Source: Neovahlkampfia damariscottae
Lineage: Eukaryota
Length of the DNA: 64,000 nucleotides
Direction: 5' to 3'
NCBI GenBank assembly: GCA_016618085.1
Contig: JABLTG010000102.1
Location: 1 to 64,000 of the forward strand
Shown here one piece after another: positions 48,318-59,288 of the stretch. Numbering within the stretch: position 1 is the first letter of the stretch; each line of letters opens with the position of its first letter. A program made the position numbers and the translations under genes. The notes beneath the pieces were generated by a model. It was given only the letters and a program-made list of their open reading frames with translations, made no database searches and was not told the origin of the DNA.

Positions 48318-50036
48318 CTAAAAATCATACTTTTCTGTGTGAATATTTTTAGCATCAACAATTTTTTCACACCAACTTGTCACATTTTTCATATAATTTA
48401 CAGGACCACAAACGTAAATTTGTCTTTCTTTTAAATCCAAAATGTTCAATATATCATTTTCGTTTAATCTTCTATTCCATTTTTCATCTGAATTTTCTTT
48501 TAAAGATGAATCGAATATTCTAAATTTTATATCATCTTTGAAATGTTCAACAAGTCGATATTCATCCCCTCTGCATGAATAATAAAGAATAATATCTGAT
48601 TGAATATTCAATTTTTTCAGTTCTTGATGCATTGAAAGAAATGGAGTGATTCCAATGCCTCCTGCAAACCAAATCATTTTTTTTGGAATTTCTCCTTGAA
48701 AACATGAAAAGTCACCACCAAACCCAAGTAATCCAATTTCAGAGTTAAATTTTAACGAATTTAGAAATGTTGAAATTCTTCCAATTTTTTTTATGGTCAA
48801 TGAAAATTCGTTTTGATTTTTTGATGAAACTGTCCAAGTACGAACCAATGAATCATTCAAAAAAGTAGGATTCTTGTCATTCATATGACGATATTGTTTT
48901 ACAAAATAGTCTGAAAAATCTAAAATTGCATATCCACCAGGCAACAAATCAAATGATTTTTCACATGCAAAAGTGAATTTTGTAATATTTTCTGTTTTGC
49001 TCTCTTTTGAAATCAATTTAACTTTTTCTTTATTTTTCAATAAAGAAATATTTTTCATTTCACTTTTTAACAATTTGATAGGTGGATTGTATGGAGACAG
49101 ATATTCAGGACTGGATAGTTCAAGATTTAATCCTTGTTTGATTAGAACTGTTTTTGTTAGTTTGATTCTTGTAAGTAGTGTAATTGTTGGCATGATATCT
49201 TCTGCTTCTTGATTAAATAAGTTTTCCGCCATTCCAATGCAATAAAGAATGTCACCATTCACAAAATTAGGAATCACAATTCCAGCCACTTTGTCTGATT
49301 CAATATTTCCCAAACTTTGATAAAATCTATTACCAGAGTAGTCAGGAATAACTAAAAATGCATTTTTCTTATCTTCATAATATCTAACAAATCCAGGAGA
49401 ACCTCCTCTATGATTTAACCCCATATCAATTTCTTGTTGAATTTTAGAAAAATGTCTCGTTGACAGAAAAATAGTTGATGTATTATTCAACATTTTTAAT
49501 GAATATTCATCGAATTTAACAGTTTCTATTGGTTTTTGTGGTTGTCTAGTTTTGGAAACTAATTTTCTGATTGTGATGTATTTTGGGCAATTTCCTAAGT
49601 ATTCATTTGAAATCAATTTCAATTCAATTGTGTTTTTGTCAATAAAATAATGTTCTAAGATACCAGATAACTTATTTCTTCTTCTATTGTTAAAATCAAT
49701 TCCTAAAGCAGCGAACAAACTATTCTTTTTATCTTTGTTGTTATCATGTTCCAGGGCAGACACAAACAAATCACCGGGTGGAAAAGTTGCTTTTATGTGA
49801 ATATATTGACCCTTTATACTAATTTGAGGTGATGAAAGTATAGTTGTACAAGGAAAGCCTTCAGAGTCTAATGTTGAAATTGGTAAATATTTCAATCCTT
49901 GAAAAAAGCCAGTATTGTAGTAAGGTATTTCAGTAGAAGTAATTTCTTCCACCATTTCACCAACTTCATCCGGGACTAATCTCTTTTTTTGAACTTCAAG
50001 TTCACCTTCATGTTGTTTGTTAATTTTTTTCAACAT
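48318..50036 (-). CDS. PNPOx-like FMN-binding + ferredoxin-reductase-like (FAD/NAD) oxidoreductase, intronless
   Basis: RRRNKLSG, GNCPKYI, NHRGGSPGFVR, PDYSGNRFYQSLGNI, RTWTVSS, AGGIGITPF, YVCGP. Confidence 0.9.
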   Translation of the reverse strand: MLKKINKQHEGELEVQKKRLVPDEVGEMVEEITSTEIPYYNTGFFQGLKYLPISTLDSEGFPCTTILSSPQISIKGQYIHIKATFPPGDLFVSALEHDNNKDKKNSLFAALGIDFNNRRRNKLSGILEHYFIDKNTIELKLISNEYLGNCPKYITIRKLVSKTRQPQKPIETVKFDEYSLKMLNNTSTIFLSTRHFSKIQQEIDMGLNHRGGSPGFVRYYEDKKNAFLVIPDYSGNRFYQSLGNIESDKVAGIVIPNFVNGDILYCIGMAENLFNQEAEDIMPTITLLTRIKLTKTVLIKQGLNLELSSPEYLSPYNPPIKLLKSEMKNISLLKNKEKVKLISKESKTENITKFTFACEKSFDLLPGGYAILDFSDYFVKQYRHMNDKNPTFLNDSLVRTWTVSSKNQNEFSLTIKKIGRISTFLNSLKFNSEIGLLGFGGDFSCFQGEIPKKMIWFAGGIGITPFLSMHQELKKLNIQSDIILYYSCRGDEYRLVEHFKDDIKFRIFDSSLKENSDEKWNRRLNENDILNILDLKERQIYVCGPVNYMKNVTSWCEKIVDAKNIHTEKYDF

Positions 50037-50696
50037 TTTCGGAGTTGTGACGATTGGTCAAATCAGATACATACTTAATTTGAAGAAGGCTACTAAGTAT
50101 GTGGAACACCCCAAGCTATATCCTCAAAAATACTTTTTCACCGAGATATACTGAATACAAAATATTTTTCATCACACAGAGCTGTTCAAATCAAAGAAAA
50201 AACCAAAGTTTGACAACAATTTTTTATCATCAAAGTTCAAAATTATTACTTATTGAAAATTTATTATAAAAATTATCATTTCAATTTCAAAATCAAAAAA
50301 AATGAATCATCTTGCTCCATTTCAGCATATTTTTCAATTTTTTCAATTTTTAAATTGTCATGAATACATTCTTTGATACTATCAAAGTTATAATAATAAC
50401 TCTTTGAAAATTCTTCAAATCCATCACCAAACTAAAAAGAATGAAATAAAACTCCGTCTTTATTGACCATTAATTAAAAGAAGATGAATAATTTAATTGT
50501 CATACAAACAACTCAAAAGAGTTTTTTTTATTTTTCAAAAAGGGTTTATGCGAATATCTCTTGAAAGTTCAACCAGACATCATTAAATCTGGGGTTTCAA
50601 AGAAGATTGTATCCTGGATAAAATCGAATTTTGGCGAAAAATAAATGACAATTTTATTGGTTGTTCTATTTATTTTTAGATTTGTCTAGACATAGT

Positions 50697-51101
50697 ATGA
50701 ATACACGTCAAATTGACTCCTTTGATGGAAAACGAGTTTGTTTTATCAGTGCTTCATATTTATACAATTATTATCAAAAAGTACCAAAAGATATAATGGA
50801 GAATTCAATTTTATTTTTTGGATCAAAAAGATTTTGGTTTTTTCCAAAGAATGAAAAAGAAAAGAAAGAATCATTGCAACAACCAACACAATATTTAGCA
50901 ATGAAAAAGGAATTTCTTGATTTAATTTTAGAAAAAGAGAAAAAGGGTCTTTGTTATTATTTGAAGCCAGATAAACTTGGTGTGCAACACGATTATGGTG
51001 ACTACAAGAAAGTTAGTAAATTCTTTGAAGATATTGATGATTTGAATGGAAAAAAATACTCACCTCTCATACTTGATGGTAAATTTGTTTCAAAAATTTA
51101 A
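50697..51101 (+). CDS. Hypothetical protein (5' end uncertain)
   Basis: 134-codon frame with protein-like composition; no family recognised. Confidence 0.5.
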   Translation: MNTRQIDSFDGKRVCFISASYLYNYYQKVPKDIMENSILFFGSKRFWFFPKNEKEKKESLQQPTQYLAMKKEFLDLILEKEKKGLCYYLKPDKLGVQHDYGDYKKVSKFFEDIDDLNGKKYSPLILDGKFVSKI

Positions 51102-51400
51102 TATCATTTTTAAAAAAAGATGAATGGTGGAAAACCAAATTTGATAAGAATAAGATGGGGTATTTTGTTTCAGCGAGTAGTGTTATTGCAAATTACCATT
51201 CAGGTGATCATAGTTATTCACCAACTATGGCTTTAGTGGAAATGAGCAACCCAAATATTATTGCAGTATTAACATCACTTTGGAAATGATCAAATCTGTT
51301 AATTTCTCAATAAAATGGTTTTTTTTTGTCAAACAACACAATACCATTTGATCAACAGCTTCATAGTTTTTTACTCTAAAAAATTGGTAAAAGAGAAATT

Positions 51401-51481
51401 CGCAGGTGACAGGATTCGAACCTGCGCGGGAAATCCCAACTGATTTCAAGTCAGTCGCCTTGACCGCTCGGCCACACCTGC
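51401..51481 (-). tRNA. tRNA-Ser (anticodon UGA)
   Basis: GCAGGTG acceptor stem, anticodon arm ACTGA-CTTGAAA-TCAGT, long variable arm, GGTTCGAATCC T-loop, discriminator G; 81 nt, no intron. Confidence 0.96.
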
Positions 51482-51528
51482 TTTTGTTATTAAAAGAATC
51501 CAAGGAAATTTCTCCTAAAAAAAAGTAT

Positions 51529-53150
51529 TTAGATTCTTTTGACAAATTCAATTCGAAGGTTTTTCAATTTCACACCCAAGACTAATTCCAATTCAACGAC
51601 AGAAGGATCAAAACCTTTGGGGAATTTGATTTCGTATTTTTGAATAATAGATGATACAATATCCGTCTCTACGTATGCCAAACTCTTACCAGCGCAATCT
51701 CTGTGTCCAACTGAAAATGGAAAGTAACAAAATTTAACCTTATTGTCATCAATTGTTTCCCATCTTCTAGGGATGAATTCTTCAGGATTCTCCCAATATT
51801 TCTCTGAATAATGCAATCCTATAACATTCAATGCACAAGGTGTATCCTTTGGAATAGCATAACCCATTATATCTTCATCTTTATTCGGAACTCTTGGTAA
51901 ATGAACAATTGGTGGAGCTATTCTTAATGATTCTTTTGTACAATAGTGAAGTAAATTCAATTGTTTAATATTTTCAAAATTTGGTTCTCCTTCCTTCAAA
52001 TTCTCTTTGATTTCATCATAAACTTCTTGTTGAATATTGGGATTCTTTGTTAATTGATAAAACAAATATGACAAAGATGAAGAAGTAGTATCATGACCTG
52101 CAAACAAAAATGTCTAAAAACTATCAGAAAAATGAAATCTAACCATTGATTCATCAATCAATTCTTGAGTTGAAAAATTATTTCCTTCTTCATCAGATGC
52201 ATCAATCATTAAAGATAATAAATCTCTAAAACCATCAGGATTTGTTTTTTCATCCTTTCTGTTTTCAATAATTTTCGTAATTTTTTTTTTAATTGTTGAT
52301 TTTACATTTGCAAAATTGTTATTGTGTGGCAATGGAAACAAATGAGCATTCATTCCAAATAATGCCATTCCAATCATCACTGGATAAATCCATTATATAA
52401 ATTGGTAAAATTATCTTCTAATTCTGAAGTCATTTCTGGATCAGTTCCAAACCCAACTACCAAAATGACAGACAAAGTTAGTTCTGAAATGGTTGAAATG
52501 AAATTAGGAAATATTAAATTTTTTCTTTCCAATTTTTGAAGATATCTATTTGTTTCTTTGTTTATAGTTTTCACCATGTTTTTGAGATTTTGTTGAGAAA
52601 ATGAAGGCATGATTAAATTTCTATGAATCTTCCACAAATCATCTTCAATGACTACCAATCCTAATCCAAGAAGAACTTCCATTGCTTTATTCATACTTTT
52701 TGATTTTTTCCATTTCTTTTGAATTGTAACTTGTTTTACTGCCTCAGCATCTGTGATGTAAACAGCTATCGAAATTGGAAATTGAAAAAGTTAAAAAACC
52801 TTACCACTGTTTATGAATGAATCTTGGTACATTATAGGTTCACCGGTTTTACCATAGCTTTTAAAATGTTCAAATCCAAGATCTTTTATGATGACTGCTG
52901 TTCCAAATTGAAAAGAAGTACTTTTCATAATTTTTAAGTTCTTGTTTTGTTGAGTTTCTTCAAATTTGAGGAAAGAAATAAATTGAACTATAAATGTATT
53001 TCAAAATAAAATTTGTAATATTCATCTTAATATATTGAATGATTAATAATAAAATTTATCTCTTCCATATATTTTCAGAATAAATACCAAAACAATAATT
53101 GAAATGAAAACTACCAACAACCACCAAAGCAATAAAGCCCGATCCAATAG
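51529..53150 (-). pseudogene. Cytochrome P450 with frameshift and broken N-terminus
   Basis: FAGHDTT, KESLR, FIPRRW and heme motif FSVGHRDCAG are intact. There is a 1-nt frameshift at about 52380 with no intron, and the N-terminal TM anchor lacks an ATG and ends in a stop. Confidence 0.75.
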
Positions 53151-53196
53151 AAATTTAGCCGAGTATCAATAACACAAAGTTTTATTAGATTGAATT

Positions 53197-53954
53197 TTAA
53201 AAGTTATTATTTACAACAAATCCTGACTGTTGGTGATGATGCTCTTCATCACTATCATCATGAAGTTCATGTACTGTTTTTGCTGCGTCTACAGCTGTAT
53301 TTCCAATTTTTCCAAATATTTGCTTTTCCAATTCTCCATTATTTGAATGAGGATCTTTAATTTCTTTAATAATTTCATTAATAGTATAAGCGATTTGAAT
53401 GAAAGAAGATAATACAACTAGACCCTATGTTTAAAGTGTGAATTAAATTTTTTTCAAACTCCACAAAATACAAAGAACCCTCCTATTGATAAAGAAAATA
53501 TTAATCTTGTTTGAACAGATCCAAATAATTCTACGTTTTGAATTGAACCACTAAGAAAACGTTAATTTTTTTTTTGTCAAAACATCAAAGAAAGAGTGAT
53601 CAAAATACATACAAGAGCTGAAACTAAAACAATTGGAAACTATTTAAGTGTTAACATAATTTTTGCTTTTACTAAAATGGCAAAAATTAATCTAATTCTT
53701 GGAAATTTATAAAGACCTCCTGAAATACATCCAACAAGCGCAGAAAGTAATAACAAAACAAATGAGAGTAAGTTTACAAATCCAAAATACCATACAGATT
53801 CATGAGCAGCAATATCAAAACCAATTAAGCCAATCATGATTGTGGCAGGTACGGCTAGTAGGATAGATGCGGTGATAACTACGCCTCCTATAACCACAGA
53901 GTACCAGTAATAATCTTTTATCAAACTTGAATCACTTGAGCTTTTTTCTCCCAT
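53197..53954 (-). CDS. 4-TM membrane protein, paralog of 56303-57612
   Basis: Four exons; VWYFGFVNLLSF...GCISGGLYKFPRIRL...IQIAYTINEI. Confidence 0.8.
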
Positions 53955-54035
53955 CGTTAATATTTTTCCGTTCAGAAACGAGAGATAAACTTGATTGGTT
54001 TATTTCATCCAATTAACCAAAAATGGACGGTAAAA
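53941..54035. repeat. Direct repeat copy 1 (bidirectional promoter segment)
   Basis: aatatttttccgttcagaaa...ttgattggtttattt...ccaatta.ccaaaaatggacggtaaaa; matches 56221-56315. Confidence 0.9.
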
Positions 54036-54421
54036 TAATAACACTTGATCAACAAAATATGTCACAAGAAAAAACAGTTCACTGGATTAAATTTAGTCAC
54101 AAGAATCAAATTTACTATTGATCAAGATGTTTTTTCAGATTCTTTTCAAGCTACCAACAAAATCAATATTAAATAAAAAGAAGAACTTTAAATTCTATTC
54201 TTCTAAATGAATTTACTATTTTTTGCACTCTGCTTCTCTGGAATTCAGATCCGATAATTAGAAAACTCCAGTTGGTTTCCCTACTTGCTTCTTCAGGTAA
54301 TTCTATTGTAGTTTTTTGAAATTTCCTCTCAAAAATTGAAAAGATTTTCTGTGAATTCTTACAAAAAGGTACAGAAATAATTTCATTGGTCACTGATACT
54401 TCAATTTTAATTGGTGGCACA

Positions 54422-56158
54422 ATGCAAAATAATAATGAGCGTTCAAACAAATGGCAACAAAGAGATTATCAAAATAATCAATACAATCAAAAAAATTTAT
54501 ACACCTCACCTTACTCACAAATAAATCAACAAGAACAAAGAAATTATCAACAAAACTATCCACCAAAACAAACTGGACCACCAAGTTATATTGGAGGCTC
54601 AACAGGATATGGAAATCAACAATCAAATCAATATGTATCACAATATACAAATTTAAATCCATATCAAATAGAATACAATCAAAGAAACGAACAACAACCA
54701 TATAATAACGAATACAAAAATCCGTATTTTGTTTCAAATGTAAATCAAAATTACCTTCCAAAATACATTCCTGAAGATAGATCTTATCAAAATTCTTCTA
54801 TGGTCACAACTGTAAAACAAAAATTTTCTTTTTATTTTTTTAAGAGACTGGTAAAACAACAATCAAAAAAAAGAAAAAGATCACCACCTCCAAGTAGAAA
54901 AATTAGAAATTTCCAAAATATCACAGGTCTCTTGAACTCGGAAAAAAAAAATTATTTTGATTTAGATCGGAGATATTCTGAATTAAAAATTTCAGAAGAC
55001 TTCACAAAATTTTATTCAAATTGGGTTAATTTAACATCTTTAGAAACCAAATTTTTGTTTGATACAAAGTTTGATTAATTTCAAATTTTAATTTTTTTTA
55101 GTGTTGCTGTAAAATGTGATAATGAAAATGGAAAATTTTTTGATTTAAAAGTTGATGAAGATTCCTCTTTATTCAAAGGTGTTAAATATAATGCAAAAGT
55201 GATGCTTTATACAGGTTCAATTGATGAATCAAATCACTTTTCCAATAACTTAAAATTTTTAATTGGAAAGAAACAAAATTCAGGTCTTTTATCAATAGCC
55301 GGTTCTTGGAATCCAAAATTAGATGGTGATGATCCAACAGATATTGAAACAATAATAAAAACAGCAAAAAGATGTACAAAAGAATTTATTGGTGTTGAGA
55401 TTTCTAACAGCACAAATATGATTAAATTTGGTGAAATTTGGTATCACCGACCTGAACAAGAAGTCAAAGAACAAAAAATTCCTGAAATGGAAGAAAAAAC
55501 AATTATATTCGTTGTAAATATTGCAGAAGTAATTCCATCAACAAAAAAAGATGTATTTTTATCATAACATTTTAATTACTCAATATAGTTTGAAAATGAA
55601 TGGAAAGAAAGAATGGATACCATAAAAAAAGAAAAAGAAAATTTTATATCATTGGAACCTGAACCTGAAAATGAAATTGATGAAGAAGTACCAGAAATTC
55701 CAATTTTATATGTACTAACACAAAAATTAAAATTGGAAAATGAAATTTCTGTTTCAATGATTTCTTTAGATGAATTACTTTCATATACAAAAGAGTAAGG
55801 AGATCACAATTTTATTAATATCCTTTGAAGTGATAAATCGGAAAATATGTTTGAAATTTCTTTATTTGCTGAATCATTTCATGAAATGTTACAAATGATG
55901 TTTGGAAATATAATCTTAGAAACATTGAAATCTACAAAAAAAGCTGATCAAGTGGATGAAAGAATTTTACATGCATTTCAATATTTTGATAGAGAAAATG
56001 ATGGATATATTTTGGCATATAAATTGGAAACAATCATTCATTCTCTTGGGAAAGATTTTTCACGTCATTTAGTGCATTCATTGATCTCAAAAGTGTGCTT
56101 GGAAAATTCAAAAAAAATTGTTTATTCAGATTTGACAAATAAAGTTATCTTTGAATAA
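54422..56158 (+). CDS. CCAR1: CCAR1/DBC1-family protein
   Basis: RRYSELKISEDF; DBC1 domain LKFLIGKK...IAGSWNPKLDGDDP...TAKRCTKEFIG; FEISLFAESFHEMLQ; EF-hand AFQYFDRENDGYI. Four introns. Confidence 0.88.
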
Positions 56159-56220
56159 AAGATAACCCTCTCCTTTTTCATCACTTTATTTTCTTTTTTG
56201 AACTTTGAAACATTTGAGGT

Positions 56221-56315
56221 TCTTTTTTCCTATCGTCAATATTTTTCCGTTCAGAAAAAGAGAGTTATATTTGATTGGTTTATTTTGACCAATTAGCCAA
56301 AAATGGACGGTAAAA
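56221..56315. repeat. Direct repeat copy 2 (bidirectional promoter segment)
   Basis: Same sequence as 53941-54035 at an offset of about 2280 bp. Confidence 0.9.
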
Positions 56316-57612
56316 CAACAAAAGTTGAGGAGCTTCAACAAAATCTCCAAAATGGATCCACTCAAAACTCTTTTGAAGGAAATAGCAAAGAAACTCAAGA
56401 AAATGTCATTAACGTTCAAAAACAGTTCGAACAACAACCTCAACAGTTTCAACAGCAACCACAAGTACAACAACCACAACAACAACAGGTTCAACCACAA
56501 CAATTTGATCAGTATCAACAACCACAACAATTTCAACCAATTCCAAATCAAAACCAATATCAAAACCAATTTGTAAATCACCAACAGTTTCAGCCGATGC
56601 AATATCAACCACAGCAACAACAACCACAACAAACACAACAACAACAAGTCCAACAGCAATATTCAATACCAACTTTTTCAAATCAAAGTCAAAGTTTTCA
56701 ACAACAACAATTTCAAAACCCTCTTTCAATGAACATGCCTCAAACACAATCAATGAACAATCAACAATCCTTTCCATCAAATGGTCAACAAGCATTCACA
56801 AATGTCCAAACAATGATGGGAAATGACCAAAAAATATATTATCAAGTTACCTTATCAGAAGAACAAATGAAACAATATCAAAGTTATTTATATTCTCAAA
56901 AAGATCCAAATTTCATGTCTCCAAGGGATTTTAAACCACAAGGTCAATTAATTGAAAAGGAAAAACATATTCCCAAACAGAAAAGACCTGAAAACGCTTT
57001 TTATTGTTATGTTTTAGTGATTGGAATTGTTACTTTACTTTTTTCAATATTTTTAGGCTTCATTGCTACAGGAATGATAACTTATACTGCAATTGATATT
57101 GCAATCAATGCAAATGTTTGGTATTTTGGTTTTGTTGACTTGATTTCATTTGGTATATTATTATTTACATCATTCATTGGGTAAGAAAAATATTAATTTT
57201 TACAAATTTTTGAAGTTGCCTTTCTGGGGGTTTTTATCGATTTCCAAAAATTAGAATTTGGATTTCTATTGCAGTAATTCATAAATAATCATTAATATAA
57301 CTCATTAGTATCCAATATTACTTATCATATCAACAGCTTCAATTTTAATTACAACAACAGTTCTGTAGGATTTCTTCCATTTCTAACATAAATAGTGGAT
57401 CTTATCGTGCTACTTTATTAACAAATAAATTAGAAAGAGGATCAAGAATAACTTATTCAATTACAGCGATGGGAATCACCTTCTTTATTAATGTAAAACT
57501 TTCACTTTTTAACAATTTTCAAAAGGGATTAGTTTTCTTTGTTTCAATCATTCAAATAGCATATGTCATCAAAGAAATAGCATTAAAATTAAAATATAGA
57601 AATAAAAAATAA
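56303..57612 (+). CDS. Gln-rich N-terminus + 4-TM membrane protein
   Basis: Five exons; VWYFGFVDLISF...GCLSGGFYRFPKIRI...IQIAYVIKEI. Shares three intron positions with 53197-53954. Confidence 0.82.
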
Positions 57613-57624
57613 AAAATTTTTTTC

Positions 57625-57833
57625 AAACATGGAGACAACTTGATTTTACATCAACTTGCACTATGACAAGCGAAATTTTTACTTTCACTCAATTTTGATG
57701 TCAGTATTAGATTATTATTCATGGAAATACTCCAAGCCAAATAACCCTTTATCATTTTGATGATAACAATACTATTGAAGATCAAATTCAAGTTGAAGAA
57801 ATAATTCGAAAATTTCTCCAAAAGTGGGAATGA
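57625..57833 (+). pseudogene. Ankyrin-repeat relic
   Basis: KHGDNLILHQLAL*QAKFLLSLNFDVSIR, then frameshifted HGNTPSQI. Confidence 0.45.
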
Positions 57834-57888
57834 AAAATTGAAAATAAAAAAATTTTGGTTTTAAAATGAAAATGAAAATATTTTGGAT

Positions 57889-59177
57889 TTAAATCTTTGT
57901 CACTTCATTGATTGATGAAAGGTATTGATCATTGTTTGAAGATATTTCTTCGTCATACTTTAATAAATTTACAGTTCCTGAAATAATATCAAATTCAGCT
58001 TTTAATCCATGAGTTTTTTCGATCTTTGAAATGAGTTGTCTTATTTTTTCAAGACTTCTTTTATAATGTAATTCTGATTTTGTTAATTGTTTCTTTGGTT
58101 TTGATATGATATTTTTGGAGTTTGAAAAAACATCAAGCAGTAATTCTTCATCTTCATTATCCAACCAAATTTCATAATTTCTTTTCATTTCTGTGATGAA
58201 CTCATTTTCTTCTGATGTTCTAAATTCTTCTTCTTTCACTAAAATATATGTTCCAGTTGAAATACTGAACTCTGGTTTTGATTTTGTTGAACACATATGT
58301 TTATTCAATTCAAGGTAATATAACTTCAAATTCAAAATATATGCCTTTTCTTCAGGTGTTCTTTTTGATTCTTCTTTCATAAAAATAGACATTGCACTTA
58401 AAAAAATATCAAATTCTTGTTCTATTGTATATTTTGGTTTTCTTATTTTTTTTTCTAATTCTTCAAGTCTTATTTTTTCCAACTCTGATTCAATTTCTCT
58501 TTTTTTTTGTTCAATTTCAGAGTCTCTTCTTTCTTTCTTCTCAACAATATCTGAGAATGTTTTGGCGATAGGAGAAATAAATTTATGTTGAGATTTTCTT
58601 GTCTTTAATAAAATTGGTGAACTTTCTTCATCAGTTGGTGGTGAACCCATTGAAAGTAAAGATGTAGAATTTGGATCTTTCAAGTTATACATACTTTGTG
58701 GTTTTGTGTCTTTTTTCTTTTCACTTCCTCCAATCTCTGTAATTTTTAAAATCCACTCATCAATTTCTTTTTCATTTTCTGAAGTGAGAATATATTTTCT
58801 TAAATCTCCGTGTAAAACAAATCCATTTCTCTTTTTTTCACGAAATGGTTCAACAGAAGAACCTTCCAAAAAAATTTGTTCCAACTCTTGAGATCTTTTT
58901 TCATTGGAGTAGACAATAATTTTTGTAGGTTTTAAAACATAATACCTTGTTTTTAAAATATTTTTCTTGTTTACTTTTTTTTCCATGGTGAGAAAGTAGC
59001 CCCGGTTTTATGATACAAATATCCTTCATGATATGTTGCTTGAGTGATACTAAAATCTGGAGTTGAAAAAAGTCCACCTAAAGAATTACTTCCTTCCGAT
59101 TTTTCACCAGCTGTATTTTTACTTTTGTTCAATGTCGATAAAAGAAACATGGTTTGATTTGATTGGGCAGGTGTCAT
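57889..59177 (-). CDS. PH-domain protein
   Basis: HEGYLYHKTGATFSPWKKKYYVLK...YILTSENEKEIDEWILKI across one intron. Start may instead be 59150. Confidence 0.85.
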
Positions 59178-59288
59178 ACCATGGTATTTTAGAAGGTTGA
59201 TAATAAAGTTAACAGAAATGAAAGAAATTAATGTTTCATTAATCTTAATTTTTCATGATGTTCTATTGGACAACGATTATTTCGCCTG

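Noticed and set aside
51401..51481. tRNA with 'TGA' as a possible Sec or suppressor tRNA
   Set aside because: Anticodon UGA reads UCA (Ser); a Sec or opal suppressor would need anticodon UCA. Stems are canonical for tRNA-Ser.
51258..51551. 97-aa ORF spanning the tRNA
   Set aside because: Chance read-through of the tRNA-Ser sequence.
54169..54450. 93-aa minus-strand ORF with faint F-box-like LPEE...WSFL
   Set aside because: Similarity too weak, non-ATG start, and it overlaps the CCAR1 start.
56186..56795. Leu-rich and Val-rich minus-strand ORFs
   Set aside because: Antisense shadows of the CAA-rich poly-Gln coding region.
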